Positions 20,351-29,525 of a stretch of DNA of 64,000 bases are shown in pieces (within the stretch, counting starts at the first letter, position 1; every line of letters starts with the position of its first letter). Origin of the DNA: Thermoplasmata archaeon (lineage in GTDB: Archaea > Thermoplasmatota > Thermoplasmata > Halarchaeoplasmatales > Halarchaeoplasmataceae); NCBI GenBank assembly GCA_003552585.1, contig PUNK01000039.1, positions 7,021 to 71,020 of the forward strand, in the 5' to 3' direction. The notes beneath the pieces were generated by a model, which saw nothing but the letters and a program-made list of their open reading frames with translations, was not told the DNA's origin and ran no database searches. The translations under genes and the position numbers were made by a program.

Positions 20351-22990
20351 ATGATATTGAAAGAAATCCAGATATCTAGGAAGAGATTTCAAAAAAATCC
20401 CAATATCTACTCAATGCTACCTGTTATGGTTGTAGATGTTGATTTTGAACCGCAAATGAGAGAGGTATCAAATAAAGAGATAGAAGATTATTTGGGAAAA
20501 ATAATGCCTTCATTAAAGGATTATATACATACCCTAAATCTTTCTGACGATTTTAAGAAAGCTGAAGATGATGTATCACATCTAGAGCTCATGGGAAAAA
20601 TAACGTTAGCACTTCAAAATATGGCAGGCTCAGAGGTTACTTTCAGTACAACTCGGAAAATTGAAGAGGACTCATATCATCTAGTCATACAATATAAAAT
20701 ATCCGATGTGGCCTCTAAAGCATTGGATTACTCTTTAGAGATTATGGACAGTATAATAGATGAAAAATACAAGGAATCAGAAGAAAATATCGATCGATGG
20801 ATCTCCGAGCTAAAAGATATATATGAACGTAAAAAAATGGGGCCAAGCACAGAAGCTATCATCTCTGCTGCTGAGTCGAGAAACATCCCTTATGACCGAA
20901 CACATTCAAAATACAGCCTTTTTTCTTTAGGTTATGGAAAAGGCAGAAAACGGATTTGGGGGCCAGTCACCTCAGAAACATCGATGATAGGTGCAGATGC
21001 TGCAACAGACAAAGAGTTAACAAAAAAAATTCTTTCTGAATCTGGAATTCCTGTTCCATACGGTGGTGTTTGTAACGATCAAGATGATGCTGTAAAAATG
21101 GCCAATGAAATCGGTTACCCCGTGCTTGTGAAGCCTCTAAAAGGAAATCATGGTCGAGGAGTAATAGGTGAATTAGAAAACGAGAACGATCTGAGAAAAG
21201 CCTACGAAATCAGTAGAGATTTTGGTAACGATATCCTTGTTGAAGAATTCATCGAAGGTAAAGATTATCGCTTCCTTATCATAGACCACAAAGTTGTAGC
21301 TGTAGCAGAGAGGATACCCTCACATGTGGTGGGAGACGGGGAATCTACGATCATCGAATTGGTAGAAAAGAAAAACGAAGATCCAAGACGAGGTGATGGA
21401 CACTCGGATATACTCACAGAGATACGATTAGGGGCCGAAGAGATGTTTCATCTAGAACTACTAGGATTAGAAAAGGAATCCATTTTACCCGAAGGAAAAC
21501 TAATTTATCTGAGAACTGGTGGAAATCTAAGCACAGGAGGTACAGCCATTAACGTCACTCAGTCAGTCAACAGATGTCTTATTGATGAGGTGGAGAGGGC
21601 GAGTAGGGCGATAGATATGGATATATTAGGAGTGGATGTTATTGCACGGGATATTACAAAACCTCCTGAAAAAGCAGGATGGTATGTTATTGAAATAAAT
21701 GCAAGCCCGGGTTTGAGAATGCATATCGCACCTACAAATGGCAAACCAATACCTGCTGGCGAACACCTCATCGAATACCTTTATCCTGATGGAGATGGAA
21801 GGATCCCTATAATATCGATTACCGGTACCACCGGAAAGACTACTACTAGTAGAATGGTGGAATGGATATTTAGAAACGCTGGATATCGGACGGGTATGGC
21901 AGTAACAGGAGGGATCTATTTTGATGGAGAATGCGGTCTAAGAGGAGATACCACCGGTCCGTGGAGTGCTGGTGTAGTTCTAAATAACCCTTTAGTCGAA
22001 ATTGCGGTGTTGGAAACCGCAAGAGGAGGGATGATAAGGGATGGCCTTGGATTTGATGAGTGCCAAGTTAGTGTTCTGACCAACATCAAAGAGGACCATC
22101 TCGGTCTAGATGGTATAGAAAACCTTGATGATCTTTTTCGGGTAAAATCTTTGATATTGAAAGCAACCTCAAAAGAAGGAGATTGTGTTATAAATGCTAG
22201 GGACGATTTTGCTAGGAAAGCTTTAGAAAGGTCTAACGGTAAACCAATCCTTTTTTCCAGTCTTAAAGATGATAGAACTAAAAAATTCATTTTAGAGGGA
22301 TATAGGGTGCTTGTTTACACTGATAAAACTCTTGAATTGTACAAAGACAATGAACTGCAATCCAAATGGAAGGTGGAAGATAATCCATGGTTAGCATTGG
22401 ATATTCCTATGCACATCGAAAATACACTGGCTGCACTAGCAGCATCTAATTCTACGGGCATACCGATAAAAGAAGGACTTGGTGCATTGAAAGAGTTCAA
22501 AATGGACGAAGAGATGAATCCAGGAAGGATGAATATGTTTGAATGTGGTTGTCAATATTTTATACTAGATTATGCTCATAATCCAATAAGTATAGAGGCG
22601 GTCGGTAAACTTACTCATAAGATTTCTAATGGGCAAAGGGCTATCGTTTTAGCAGAGCCGGGCGACAGAGGAGATGATTTTTTAATGAACTGTGGATCAA
22701 CAGCTGAAAAGTGGTTTGATCGGATCTATATCACTGAGAATCCTGATATCCGTAGAGGAAGAGAGTATGGTGAAATATCCGAGATAATAAGAAAAGGAAC
22801 TGAAAATGGTAAGGTTATAATGGATATGGACAAAGCTATCAAGAGAGCGATTAAAGATTCATCTAGCGGAACAACGATCGTGTTTGCAGGACTAGATATA
22901 GGACGGGACTACCTAAAAAAGAGCTGTAGGTCAGAAGATCCAGATGGAAAAATAAGACCTTTGAGTTTTCAAGATGTTCTCAATGGATAA
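20351..22990 (+). CDS. cphA: Cyanophycin synthetase (N-domain, ATP-grasp and Mur-ligase-like domains)
   Basis: 879 aa. ATP-grasp region 'YPVLVKPLKGNHGRGV ... EEFIEGKDYRFLII'. Mur-ligase P-loop 'ISITGTTGKTTTSRM'. 'DYAHNP' near the C-terminus. A cyanophycinase gene is adjacent. Confidence 0.8.
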   Translation: MILKEIQISRKRFQKNPNIYSMLPVMVVDVDFEPQMREVSNKEIEDYLGKIMPSLKDYIHTLNLSDDFKKAEDDVSHLELMGKITLALQNMAGSEVTFSTTRKIEEDSYHLVIQYKISDVASKALDYSLEIMDSIIDEKYKESEENIDRWISELKDIYERKKMGPSTEAIISAAESRNIPYDRTHSKYSLFSLGYGKGRKRIWGPVTSETSMIGADAATDKELTKKILSESGIPVPYGGVCNDQDDAVKMANEIGYPVLVKPLKGNHGRGVIGELENENDLRKAYEISRDFGNDILVEEFIEGKDYRFLIIDHKVVAVAERIPSHVVGDGESTIIELVEKKNEDPRRGDGHSDILTEIRLGAEEMFHLELLGLEKESILPEGKLIYLRTGGNLSTGGTAINVTQSVNRCLIDEVERASRAIDMDILGVDVIARDITKPPEKAGWYVIEINASPGLRMHIAPTNGKPIPAGEHLIEYLYPDGDGRIPIISITGTTGKTTTSRMVEWIFRNAGYRTGMAVTGGIYFDGECGLRGDTTGPWSAGVVLNNPLVEIAVLETARGGMIRDGLGFDECQVSVLTNIKEDHLGLDGIENLDDLFRVKSLILKATSKEGDCVINARDDFARKALERSNGKPILFSSLKDDRTKKFILEGYRVLVYTDKTLELYKDNELQSKWKVEDNPWLALDIPMHIENTLAALAASNSTGIPIKEGLGALKEFKMDEEMNPGRMNMFECGCQYFILDYAHNPISIEAVGKLTHKISNGQRAIVLAEPGDRGDDFLMNCGSTAEKWFDRIYITENPDIRRGREYGEISEIIRKGTENGKVIMDMDKAIKRAIKDSSSGTTIVFAGLDIGRDYLKKSCRSEDPDGKIRPLSFQDVLNG

Positions 22991-23783
22991 TATTTCTTTC
23001 AACAAAATCATAGACTATATTTTCTATCAAGATATGGACTATTATCCCTTCTACAGAGATGGCCTGTCCGACCTCAACCTCAGAAACGTTTGAATGATGT
23101 ATCTGTTTTCCATCGACGATGACCACATTACCGCTGCCGATCACCTTAAAAGTATGTTCCTTGAAATCCCAAATAATACCTGTGTCCTCTCCAAGACCAA
23201 CTCCAAGTACACCTGGATTTTCAGCAACAGCATGAAATAACCTTGGAAACCTTCCTCTAGCAGAAAAGTGGGTATCAATGATAGTGTTATCTATGAAATT
23301 CAATCCTTGAGTGAGTTCTATCTCACCTGAAAGAAGGGCATTTTCAACAAGACCATAGGATATCATTGTTGCTGTCATACATACTGCACCAGCACTCGTA
23401 CCGGCAAGCACTGCACCTTCCATGAACCTTTCTCTTATAGCTTCTAAAACCTTAGTTCCACCTAACAAAGAGGTTAGTCTTAACTGGTTACCACCTGAAA
23501 AGAAGAAACCATCCGATTCATAAGTTAATGAAACAAGATCTTCATCGCTTGCATCCTTCCTTTGAAGAGGATCTATGACATCTGTTTCGACCCCAAATTC
23601 ACTGAAAATGCTAGAGTATATTTTTCCAGTACGAGGAGGGTTACCGCTAGCAGAGGGGATTATTCCTATCTTAGGTTTGCCTTCTGAAACCTTTTTGACC
23701 TCATCTATAAAAGCTTTATAAAGAGGTTCCTCTAAAGACATCTCTACATTTCCCCCCATACTTATGATTCTTCCTCGTGACAT
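22980..23783 (-). CDS. cphB: Cyanophycinase (peptidase S51)
   Basis: 'IGIIPSAS', 'FFFSGGNQLRL', nucleophile motif 'AGTSAGAVCM', 'IIDTHFSARGR' and 'GVGLGEDTG'. The gene is convergent with cphA and the tails overlap by 11 nt. Confidence 0.85.
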   Translation of the reverse strand: MSRGRIISMGGNVEMSLEEPLYKAFIDEVKKVSEGKPKIGIIPSASGNPPRTGKIYSSIFSEFGVETDVIDPLQRKDASDEDLVSLTYESDGFFFSGGNQLRLTSLLGGTKVLEAIRERFMEGAVLAGTSAGAVCMTATMISYGLVENALLSGEIELTQGLNFIDNTIIDTHFSARGRFPRLFHAVAENPGVLGVGLGEDTGIIWDFKEHTFKVIGSGNVVIVDGKQIHHSNVSEVEVGQAISVEGIIVHILIENIVYDFVERNIIH

Positions 23784-24020
23784 TTATACTACCTTTTTAT
23801 GACTTGCTATGGCATTTAACAACTAGTGTATAAATGTTTTACTCTAAAAAAGGAAAACTACACCAAAATGTAATGAAAAAGGGGATTAAAACCTTCTAAA
23901 GCTCTAAATAACTAGGGTTACTTTCTGTTTTCTTATTTATCAAATAAAAAACGTGCCAAGGAATCAAAGATTCCACTTACTTTTTAATCTTCTTCTCCAT
24001 CACTCATAATATGTAAAAAG

Positions 24021-24106
24021 CGCCGAGGAGGAGATTCGAACTCCTGTGGCGCAACGCGCCAGTGGCTCTCGAGGCCACCGCCTTGGCCGGGCTAGGCTAC
24101 CTCGGC
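24021..24106 (-). tRNA. tRNA-Ser (anticodon CGA), class II, no intron
   Basis: Reverse complement is GCCGAGGTAGCCTAGCCCGGCCAAGGCGGTGGCCTCGAGAGCCACTGGCGCGTTGCGCCACAGGAGTTCGAATCTCCTCCTCGGCG. The anticodon loop is CTCGAGA. Confidence 0.9.
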
Positions 24107-24193
24107 AGATTTGAGTGAAAAGAATATGAACCGTATTTAAACATTGAGCTTAAACCTGTCCATCAACCGCATCTTTTTTATAACATTTATTTT

Positions 24194-26209
24194 TTGCAGC
24201 CTGACATGAGGTCACTAGTGATCCTAATAATGTTAACCTTGTTAATATCTCCCGTACTGTTATCTGAGTCCGAAGAAAATAAAATTCAGATAGAGGAGAT
24301 ATATTACAATCAGGGTCCTGGCTGCGATTACCTCGTTCTAAAGAATCATGGAAAGGCAACTTTCCTTGACGGTTGGACTTTATCAAATGGATACGGAGAG
24401 TTGATTCTCGATGGAATCTATTTTGCAAAGGGAGAAACGTTAACTATTTCTGAGAATAAACATGACTTTTATGATGTTTGGCATGAAGGGCCTGATCTTA
24501 CCTGGGAAGAAGAACTAGAGATCGATGGACGATTTTATCTTGCAGCTAGTAGAGGAAAACTTTTACTAAAAGAGGATGGAGAATTGAGGGATTCAGTTTA
24601 CTATGGGGAGGTAGAAACAGGAGATGAATGGGCTGGAGAGCCGAAGGAACTCTGCTGGTCTGGTGAATATGCCAAGCGCAGGTCCTACGGATACTCTGCT
24701 GAAGATTGGAGCTGGGAAAGACGTTGGTTCGTTGGGCAGACAAATCTCTCAGCTCCTGAATTCGGGTTGGAAGGTGACATGTCAGTATTCACCTCTCCAG
24801 ATACATCTATGAAAGTTTTAGATGATTTTATTCATAACGCTGAGAACCGATTATTGGTCAGCACGTATCATCTCGATGGTTATCATATAGCAGAGAGATT
24901 ATCGAACATCTCTAAACAAGGGGTGGAAGTGAAGGTGATGATCGATGGCAGTCCGGTTGGAGGAATTTCCACACATACGAGAGCATCTCTATACGAAATA
25001 CATAGAGGGGGAGGAACTATTCTTACAGTTGGTGGAGGTGAATATTCCCCATATAGACATCTTCATGGAAAATACATGTTAGCCGATAACAGCAGTGTTC
25101 TTATATCTTCAGAAAATTTTGGAGAAAATGGATTCCCGAAAGATAACACGAGGGGGAACAGGGGATGGGGGGTCGTAATTCATGATGAAAACGTATCAAA
25201 CTACTACAGAAACATCTTTTTTGAAGACCTGAAGCACGCTCATAAATTAGTCCCTGAACCTGTAGAAGAGATAACTTCAGAGATTCCAAGTCATATCGGT
25301 TCATACAGACCTAAATTTCAACAACTTCATGTAGAATCAAGAGGGAAAATAACACCAATACTCTCTCCTGACACATCTATGTCCAGGGATACATTGTTTG
25401 GTATGTTTGATGAAGCGGAGGATCATATATATGTCCAACAGTTCTATATCGATCCATGGAGTCATGGTGATAATCCATATGTTGAATCTTTGATTGAAGC
25501 TGCAGAAAGAGGAGTGACCGTCAGGATATTACTTGACGCAAAATGGTACAATATAGATAATGCTACAGGCTACAACCACATCATTGTGGATGAGTTAAAT
25601 ACGAGGGCTAAAGAAAAAAATTTACCATTGGAAGCGCGTCTATCCAGTAGAGTACATGGTCTGAACTCTCTCCACAATAAAGGTGCAGTAGTTGACGGCA
25701 AAAGTACATTGATTTCAAGTATAAATTGGAATTCGAACTCTGTTCTCCAGAACCGGGAAGTGGGCCTTATATTGGAAAACGAAAAAGCTGCTGATTTTTT
25801 TGAAGACGTATTCACACAAGACTGGTACGAAACTCGATCTGGACCAATCGCTGATGCAGGGAGAAGCAGAGAGGTAGCCATCAATGAATTAGTTTCTTTC
25901 GACGGAACATCAAGTTGGCATAAAAGCAACATAACAACTTACAGATGGGATTTGAATGGTGACGGTAGGTTTGATAAAGAAGGATGCGTTGTTGACTGGG
26001 CATATAGGGAAACTGGTGAATATACAGTGGTACTACAGGTTATTGACGAGGAAGGGAGAGTAGATGTAGATTCAACAACAGTTCAAGTTAATCAAAAACC
26101 ACATGCCTACGAGATAGATGAAGATGAATTAGTTTGGATAATTTGGGCAGGTGTAATTTTGTTGATGATCTTCTTCATGTACCTGTCTTACACGGTTTCT
26201 AAGAATTAG
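24194..26209 (+). CDS. Secreted phospholipase D/nuclease-superfamily protein with two HKD motifs, an N-terminal lamin-tail-like domain, a C-terminal PKD domain and a TM anchor
   Basis: HKD motifs 'HGKYMLADNSSVLISSENF' and 'HNKGAVVDGKSTLISSINWN'. PKD-like 'YRWDLNGDGRFD...GEYTVVLQVIDEEG'. Signal-like N-terminus and a C-terminal hydrophobic helix. Confidence 0.8.
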   Translation: MQPDMRSLVILIMLTLLISPVLLSESEENKIQIEEIYYNQGPGCDYLVLKNHGKATFLDGWTLSNGYGELILDGIYFAKGETLTISENKHDFYDVWHEGPDLTWEEELEIDGRFYLAASRGKLLLKEDGELRDSVYYGEVETGDEWAGEPKELCWSGEYAKRRSYGYSAEDWSWERRWFVGQTNLSAPEFGLEGDMSVFTSPDTSMKVLDDFIHNAENRLLVSTYHLDGYHIAERLSNISKQGVEVKVMIDGSPVGGISTHTRASLYEIHRGGGTILTVGGGEYSPYRHLHGKYMLADNSSVLISSENFGENGFPKDNTRGNRGWGVVIHDENVSNYYRNIFFEDLKHAHKLVPEPVEEITSEIPSHIGSYRPKFQQLHVESRGKITPILSPDTSMSRDTLFGMFDEAEDHIYVQQFYIDPWSHGDNPYVESLIEAAERGVTVRILLDAKWYNIDNATGYNHIIVDELNTRAKEKNLPLEARLSSRVHGLNSLHNKGAVVDGKSTLISSINWNSNSVLQNREVGLILENEKAADFFEDVFTQDWYETRSGPIADAGRSREVAINELVSFDGTSSWHKSNITTYRWDLNGDGRFDKEGCVVDWAYRETGEYTVVLQVIDEEGRVDVDSTTVQVNQKPHAYEIDEDELVWIIWAGVILLMIFFMYLSYTVSKN

Positions 26210-27261
26210 CATATACGAGGAACTGGATCTCCGACAGGTGGTTCGAGCACACGGCGTCCTCCAACTTCGGTTCGCAACAACACTCCCTCAACGTCTTCTT
26301 GAACTTCTCCAATTATGGCTGCTTCTGAACTCTTGTCTATATCTTTTAGCGAATGTAGTACTTTTTTTGCGTGAGAAGGATGTACTGCTAGAACCATCTT
26401 TCCTTCATTGCCTACGGTAAGAGGGTCTATACCGAGCATCTCACCTGCAGAGACAACCCACCTTTTCAAGGGTATCTCTTCTTCCCATATCTCTATTCCC
26501 ACTTGCGATTTTTTTGCCCACTCGTTCAATGTGTTTGCCAATCCCCCACGAGTAGGATCCTTTGCAGATGCGACACCACCAATGTGCAATGCTGCATCCA
26601 TAACATCCAACAAATGAGTAATATCGCTTCTAACATCACCCTGAAATCCGTAACCTTCACGTTCCGAAAGTATAGTCATACCGTGATCACCGAGGGTCCC
26701 CGTCACTATTATCTTGTCACCAGGATTTAGATTATCGTCCGAAAGCCACCTAGTCTTTCTGCCACCAGCAAGTTCTAGATTTTCGTCAAGTAGCGGATGA
26801 CGCTTACCTATGCCCGCTGTAGTCATGATTGGTTCGTCTAAGTCATCTTTTTCAACCACTTTGGTGTCACCAGCCACAACAGGTATAGATGTTTCTTTAC
26901 AGATTTCCGCCGCACTTTCCAAAATTCTTTTTAATTTCGAAAACAACATGCCTTCTGGAAGGACCAGAGCAGAAGTCAATGCGATGGGGATACCCCCCAA
27001 AGCTAAGATATCATTGATCGTACCGGATATCGAAAGGCTGCCTAGATTGCCTCCTGGGAAAAATATGGGCTTTACGGTGTGACCATCAGTGGTCAAAACT
27101 ATATCGTTTATAACTGCAGAATCATCTAAATCTTCCAGCTGAATTTCACCTACTTCTGAGCGAAAAAGAGGGAGAATATCGTTTTCTATAAGAGCTTCCA
27201 TCAATTCTCCACCCGCACCATCCTCCAATGATATTTTACGATCGGTCTGCATCTTAATCAC
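26206..27261 (-). CDS. hypE: Hydrogenase maturation protein HypE (AIR-synthase-like fold)
   Basis: 351 aa PurM-like protein ending in the HypE-diagnostic C-terminus '...DPVPRIC'. Confidence 0.8.
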   Translation of the reverse strand: MIKMQTDRKISLEDGAGGELMEALIENDILPLFRSEVGEIQLEDLDDSAVINDIVLTTDGHTVKPIFFPGGNLGSLSISGTINDILALGGIPIALTSALVLPEGMLFSKLKRILESAAEICKETSIPVVAGDTKVVEKDDLDEPIMTTAGIGKRHPLLDENLELAGGRKTRWLSDDNLNPGDKIIVTGTLGDHGMTILSEREGYGFQGDVRSDITHLLDVMDAALHIGGVASAKDPTRGGLANTLNEWAKKSQVGIEIWEEEIPLKRWVVSAGEMLGIDPLTVGNEGKMVLAVHPSHAKKVLHSLKDIDKSSEAAIIGEVQEDVEGVLLRTEVGGRRVLEPPVGDPVPRIC

Positions 27262-27341
27262 TTCTTAAACTCCATGCCCTTATATTACTTTGTCGAAAAG
27301 AGTTTGCCAATCCTTATAATGATTCAAGAGTATGATCGATC

Positions 27342-27503
27342 ATGAAACCTGTTCACAAACGTGGGGCCATAATAGGATTAGGATTTGGGATCGTATCCAT
27401 GATTCTTATCTACCTCCTTAGAATACAGGGTGCTTTTCTAGTGATTATCCTCTGGATGCTAGTACCAGTGGCTATTAAAAAAATCTCGGACAGATTACGA
27501 TGA
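27342..27503 (+). CDS. Small hypothetical membrane protein (53 aa, two hydrophobic helices)
   Basis: Read by hand (below the ORF-track cutoff): MKPVHKRGAIIGLGFGIVSMILIYLLRIQGAFLVIILWMLVPVAIKKISDRLR. A TATA-like 'CCTTATAATG' lies about 25 nt upstream. Confidence 0.3.
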   Translation: MKPVHKRGAIIGLGFGIVSMILIYLLRIQGAFLVIILWMLVPVAIKKISDRLR

Positions 27504-27558
27504 TCAACTTATGCCGTAACTTTAAAATCCTTTATGCAGTTCTCTAAAATGTGGTCAG

Positions 27559-28275
27559 ATGTCAATGATAGGTATAATTGGTGGAACGAGTTTTAAAGAA
27601 TGGGACGTTTTCGATTTGATCGATAAGAATGAAACAACTACACCATGGGGAACACCCTCATCACCGATCTTTACAGGAAAAATAACGGATATCGAAGTAA
27701 AACTGCTACTGAGACACGGTGAAGATCATGATATACCCCCTCATAAAATTAACCACCGGGCCAATATTTATGCTCTTCAAAAAGAAGTCGACCAAGTGAT
27801 AGGAATCTCATCCTCAGGTGCCCTTTCAGGCAAGATGGATGTACCTTCTATATCGGTGCCCAAGGATTATATAAATCTCTGGAACATATATACATTTTAC
27901 GATGAATCGATTAGGCATGTAACACCCAATCTCTCAGAGGAGATAAGAAAAAATTTACTCGATTGTGCTGAAAAGGCTTCTATATCCTTGCCTATTAGAA
28001 GTGATGACGTGTATGTACAGACATCGGGTCCTAGGCTCGAGACGAAGGCTGAGGTTAAGATCTTAGGAAAATTCGGAGACCTCGTCGGAATGACTATGGC
28101 CCCTGAAGCCACTCTTTCTGTTGAGTCTGGGATCAGATATGCTTCGGTTGTAACTGTGGACAACTTTGCCCACGGTATCGGACCTGGTGAGGTATGTTAC
28201 GAAGATATCGTAGAAAATACAAAAGAAAGCAGAACAGCTGTTAAAAAAATCCTGAAGAGATATATTGAGGGATAA
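27559..28275 (+). CDS. MTAP-family purine/5'-methylthio-nucleoside phosphorylase
   Basis: 'IGIIGGTS', 'RHGEDHDIPPHKINHRANIYAL', 'GPRLETKAE' and 'VGMTMAPEA'. Confidence 0.8.
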   Translation: MSMIGIIGGTSFKEWDVFDLIDKNETTTPWGTPSSPIFTGKITDIEVKLLLRHGEDHDIPPHKINHRANIYALQKEVDQVIGISSSGALSGKMDVPSISVPKDYINLWNIYTFYDESIRHVTPNLSEEIRKNLLDCAEKASISLPIRSDDVYVQTSGPRLETKAEVKILGKFGDLVGMTMAPEATLSVESGIRYASVVTVDNFAHGIGPGEVCYEDIVENTKESRTAVKKILKRYIEG

Positions 28276-28277
28276 AT

Positions 28278-29525
28278 ATGAGTTTGGCCATAAAAAACGC
28301 CAATATAGTTGGAAGAAAAGAATCCGATGTGCTTATTGAAGATAATGTAATAAAGGAGATAGGAAACGAACTTGAGGGAACTGAATCTATAGATGCGGAG
28401 GGAAAATATCTACTTCCAGGTTTTGTGAATACCCACACTCATGCAGCGATGTCACTTTTTAGAGGATACGCTGATGACCTGCCTTTGGACATCTGGCTTC
28501 AGAAGAAAATTTGGCCTTTAGAAGAAAAACTTGAGTTTGAAGATGTTTACTGGGGTACAAAACTTTCTTGTCTAGAGATGATCAAGAGTGGCACGGTGGC
28601 ATTCAACGACATGTATTTTTCCATGGAAGCTGCTGCTGCTGCGGTATCTGATATGGGTATGAAAGCCACCCTAGGATATGGTTTTATAGACTTAAATGAT
28701 GAGGACAGAAGAGAAGAAGAAAAAGAAAAAACGATAAAATTTTTAGGTCATATAAGAAAACTGGATAAAATAAACGGTGCTGTTGCACCTCATGCTGTAT
28801 ACACTGTTTCAAGAGAAGGTTTAGAATGGTGTGCTGAATTTGCTCAAAAGAGGGATCTGTTGTTACACATCCATCTTGCAGAAACTAAGAAGGAGATAGA
28901 TGATTTTGACGGTGACCGACTTACAGCTTACCTTGATGAACTAGGGCTGCTTGGTAAAAATACACTGGCAGCACATTGTGTGTGGTTAAAAGAAAAAGAT
29001 ATTGAACTTCTTTCAAAGAGAGGAGTGACTGTCAGCCATAATCCTACGTCCAATATGAAGCTCGGCGTAGGCCGGGCTATGCCATATGAGGGAATGAAGC
29101 AAAATGGGGTCAGAGTCACACTTGGAACCGACGGTTGTGCATCAAACAATAATCTAGACCTGTTAGAAGAAGTGAAGATCGCCGCACTGCTTCATAAAAT
29201 GAGAGGGGATCCAACCGCTCTTCCTGCTGAGGATGCACTAAAGATGATCACATCTAAAGGTGCAGAGATAATGAATACTAACAGTGGAAAGGTAGAGGAA
29301 GGAAATGCTGCAGACCTTATACTCATGGAGGCAGGAGTGAACGGGTGTCCTGGACACAACCCTGTTTCGGACCTAATTTATTCATTCAATGGAAGCTCGG
29401 TCACTCACGTATTGATAGATGGTGAGATTGTTATGGAAAATAGAAACATAGAAGGTGAAGATGAAATAATTAAAATGGCTAAAAAAAGGGCAAAAGATCT
29501 TGTAAGGAGAGGAAATAAATGTTAG
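28278..29525 (+). CDS. mtaD: 5'-methylthioadenosine/S-adenosylhomocysteine (adenosine-type) deaminase, amidohydrolase superfamily
   Basis: 'GFVNTHTHAAMSLFRGYADDLPLDIWL', 'HIHLAET', 'AAHCVWL' and 'LGTDGCASNNNLD'. Confidence 0.8.
   Translation: MSLAIKNANIVGRKESDVLIEDNVIKEIGNELEGTESIDAEGKYLLPGFVNTHTHAAMSLFRGYADDLPLDIWLQKKIWPLEEKLEFEDVYWGTKLSCLEMIKSGTVAFNDMYFSMEAAAAAVSDMGMKATLGYGFIDLNDEDRREEEKEKTIKFLGHIRKLDKINGAVAPHAVYTVSREGLEWCAEFAQKRDLLLHIHLAETKKEIDDFDGDRLTAYLDELGLLGKNTLAAHCVWLKEKDIELLSKRGVTVSHNPTSNMKLGVGRAMPYEGMKQNGVRVTLGTDGCASNNNLDLLEEVKIAALLHKMRGDPTALPAEDALKMITSKGAEIMNTNSGKVEEGNAADLILMEAGVNGCPGHNPVSDLIYSFNGSSVTHVLIDGEIVMENRNIEGEDEIIKMAKKRAKDLVRRGNKC

Noticed and set aside
19500-24106. Possibility that cphA/cphB form a tRNA-Ser-integrated genomic island.
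   Set aside because: No integrase was found. No direct repeat of the tRNA-Ser 3' end was seen by eye near 19.5-20.4 kb, and no obvious compositional break is visible. The question is left to proper k-mer or att-site analysis.
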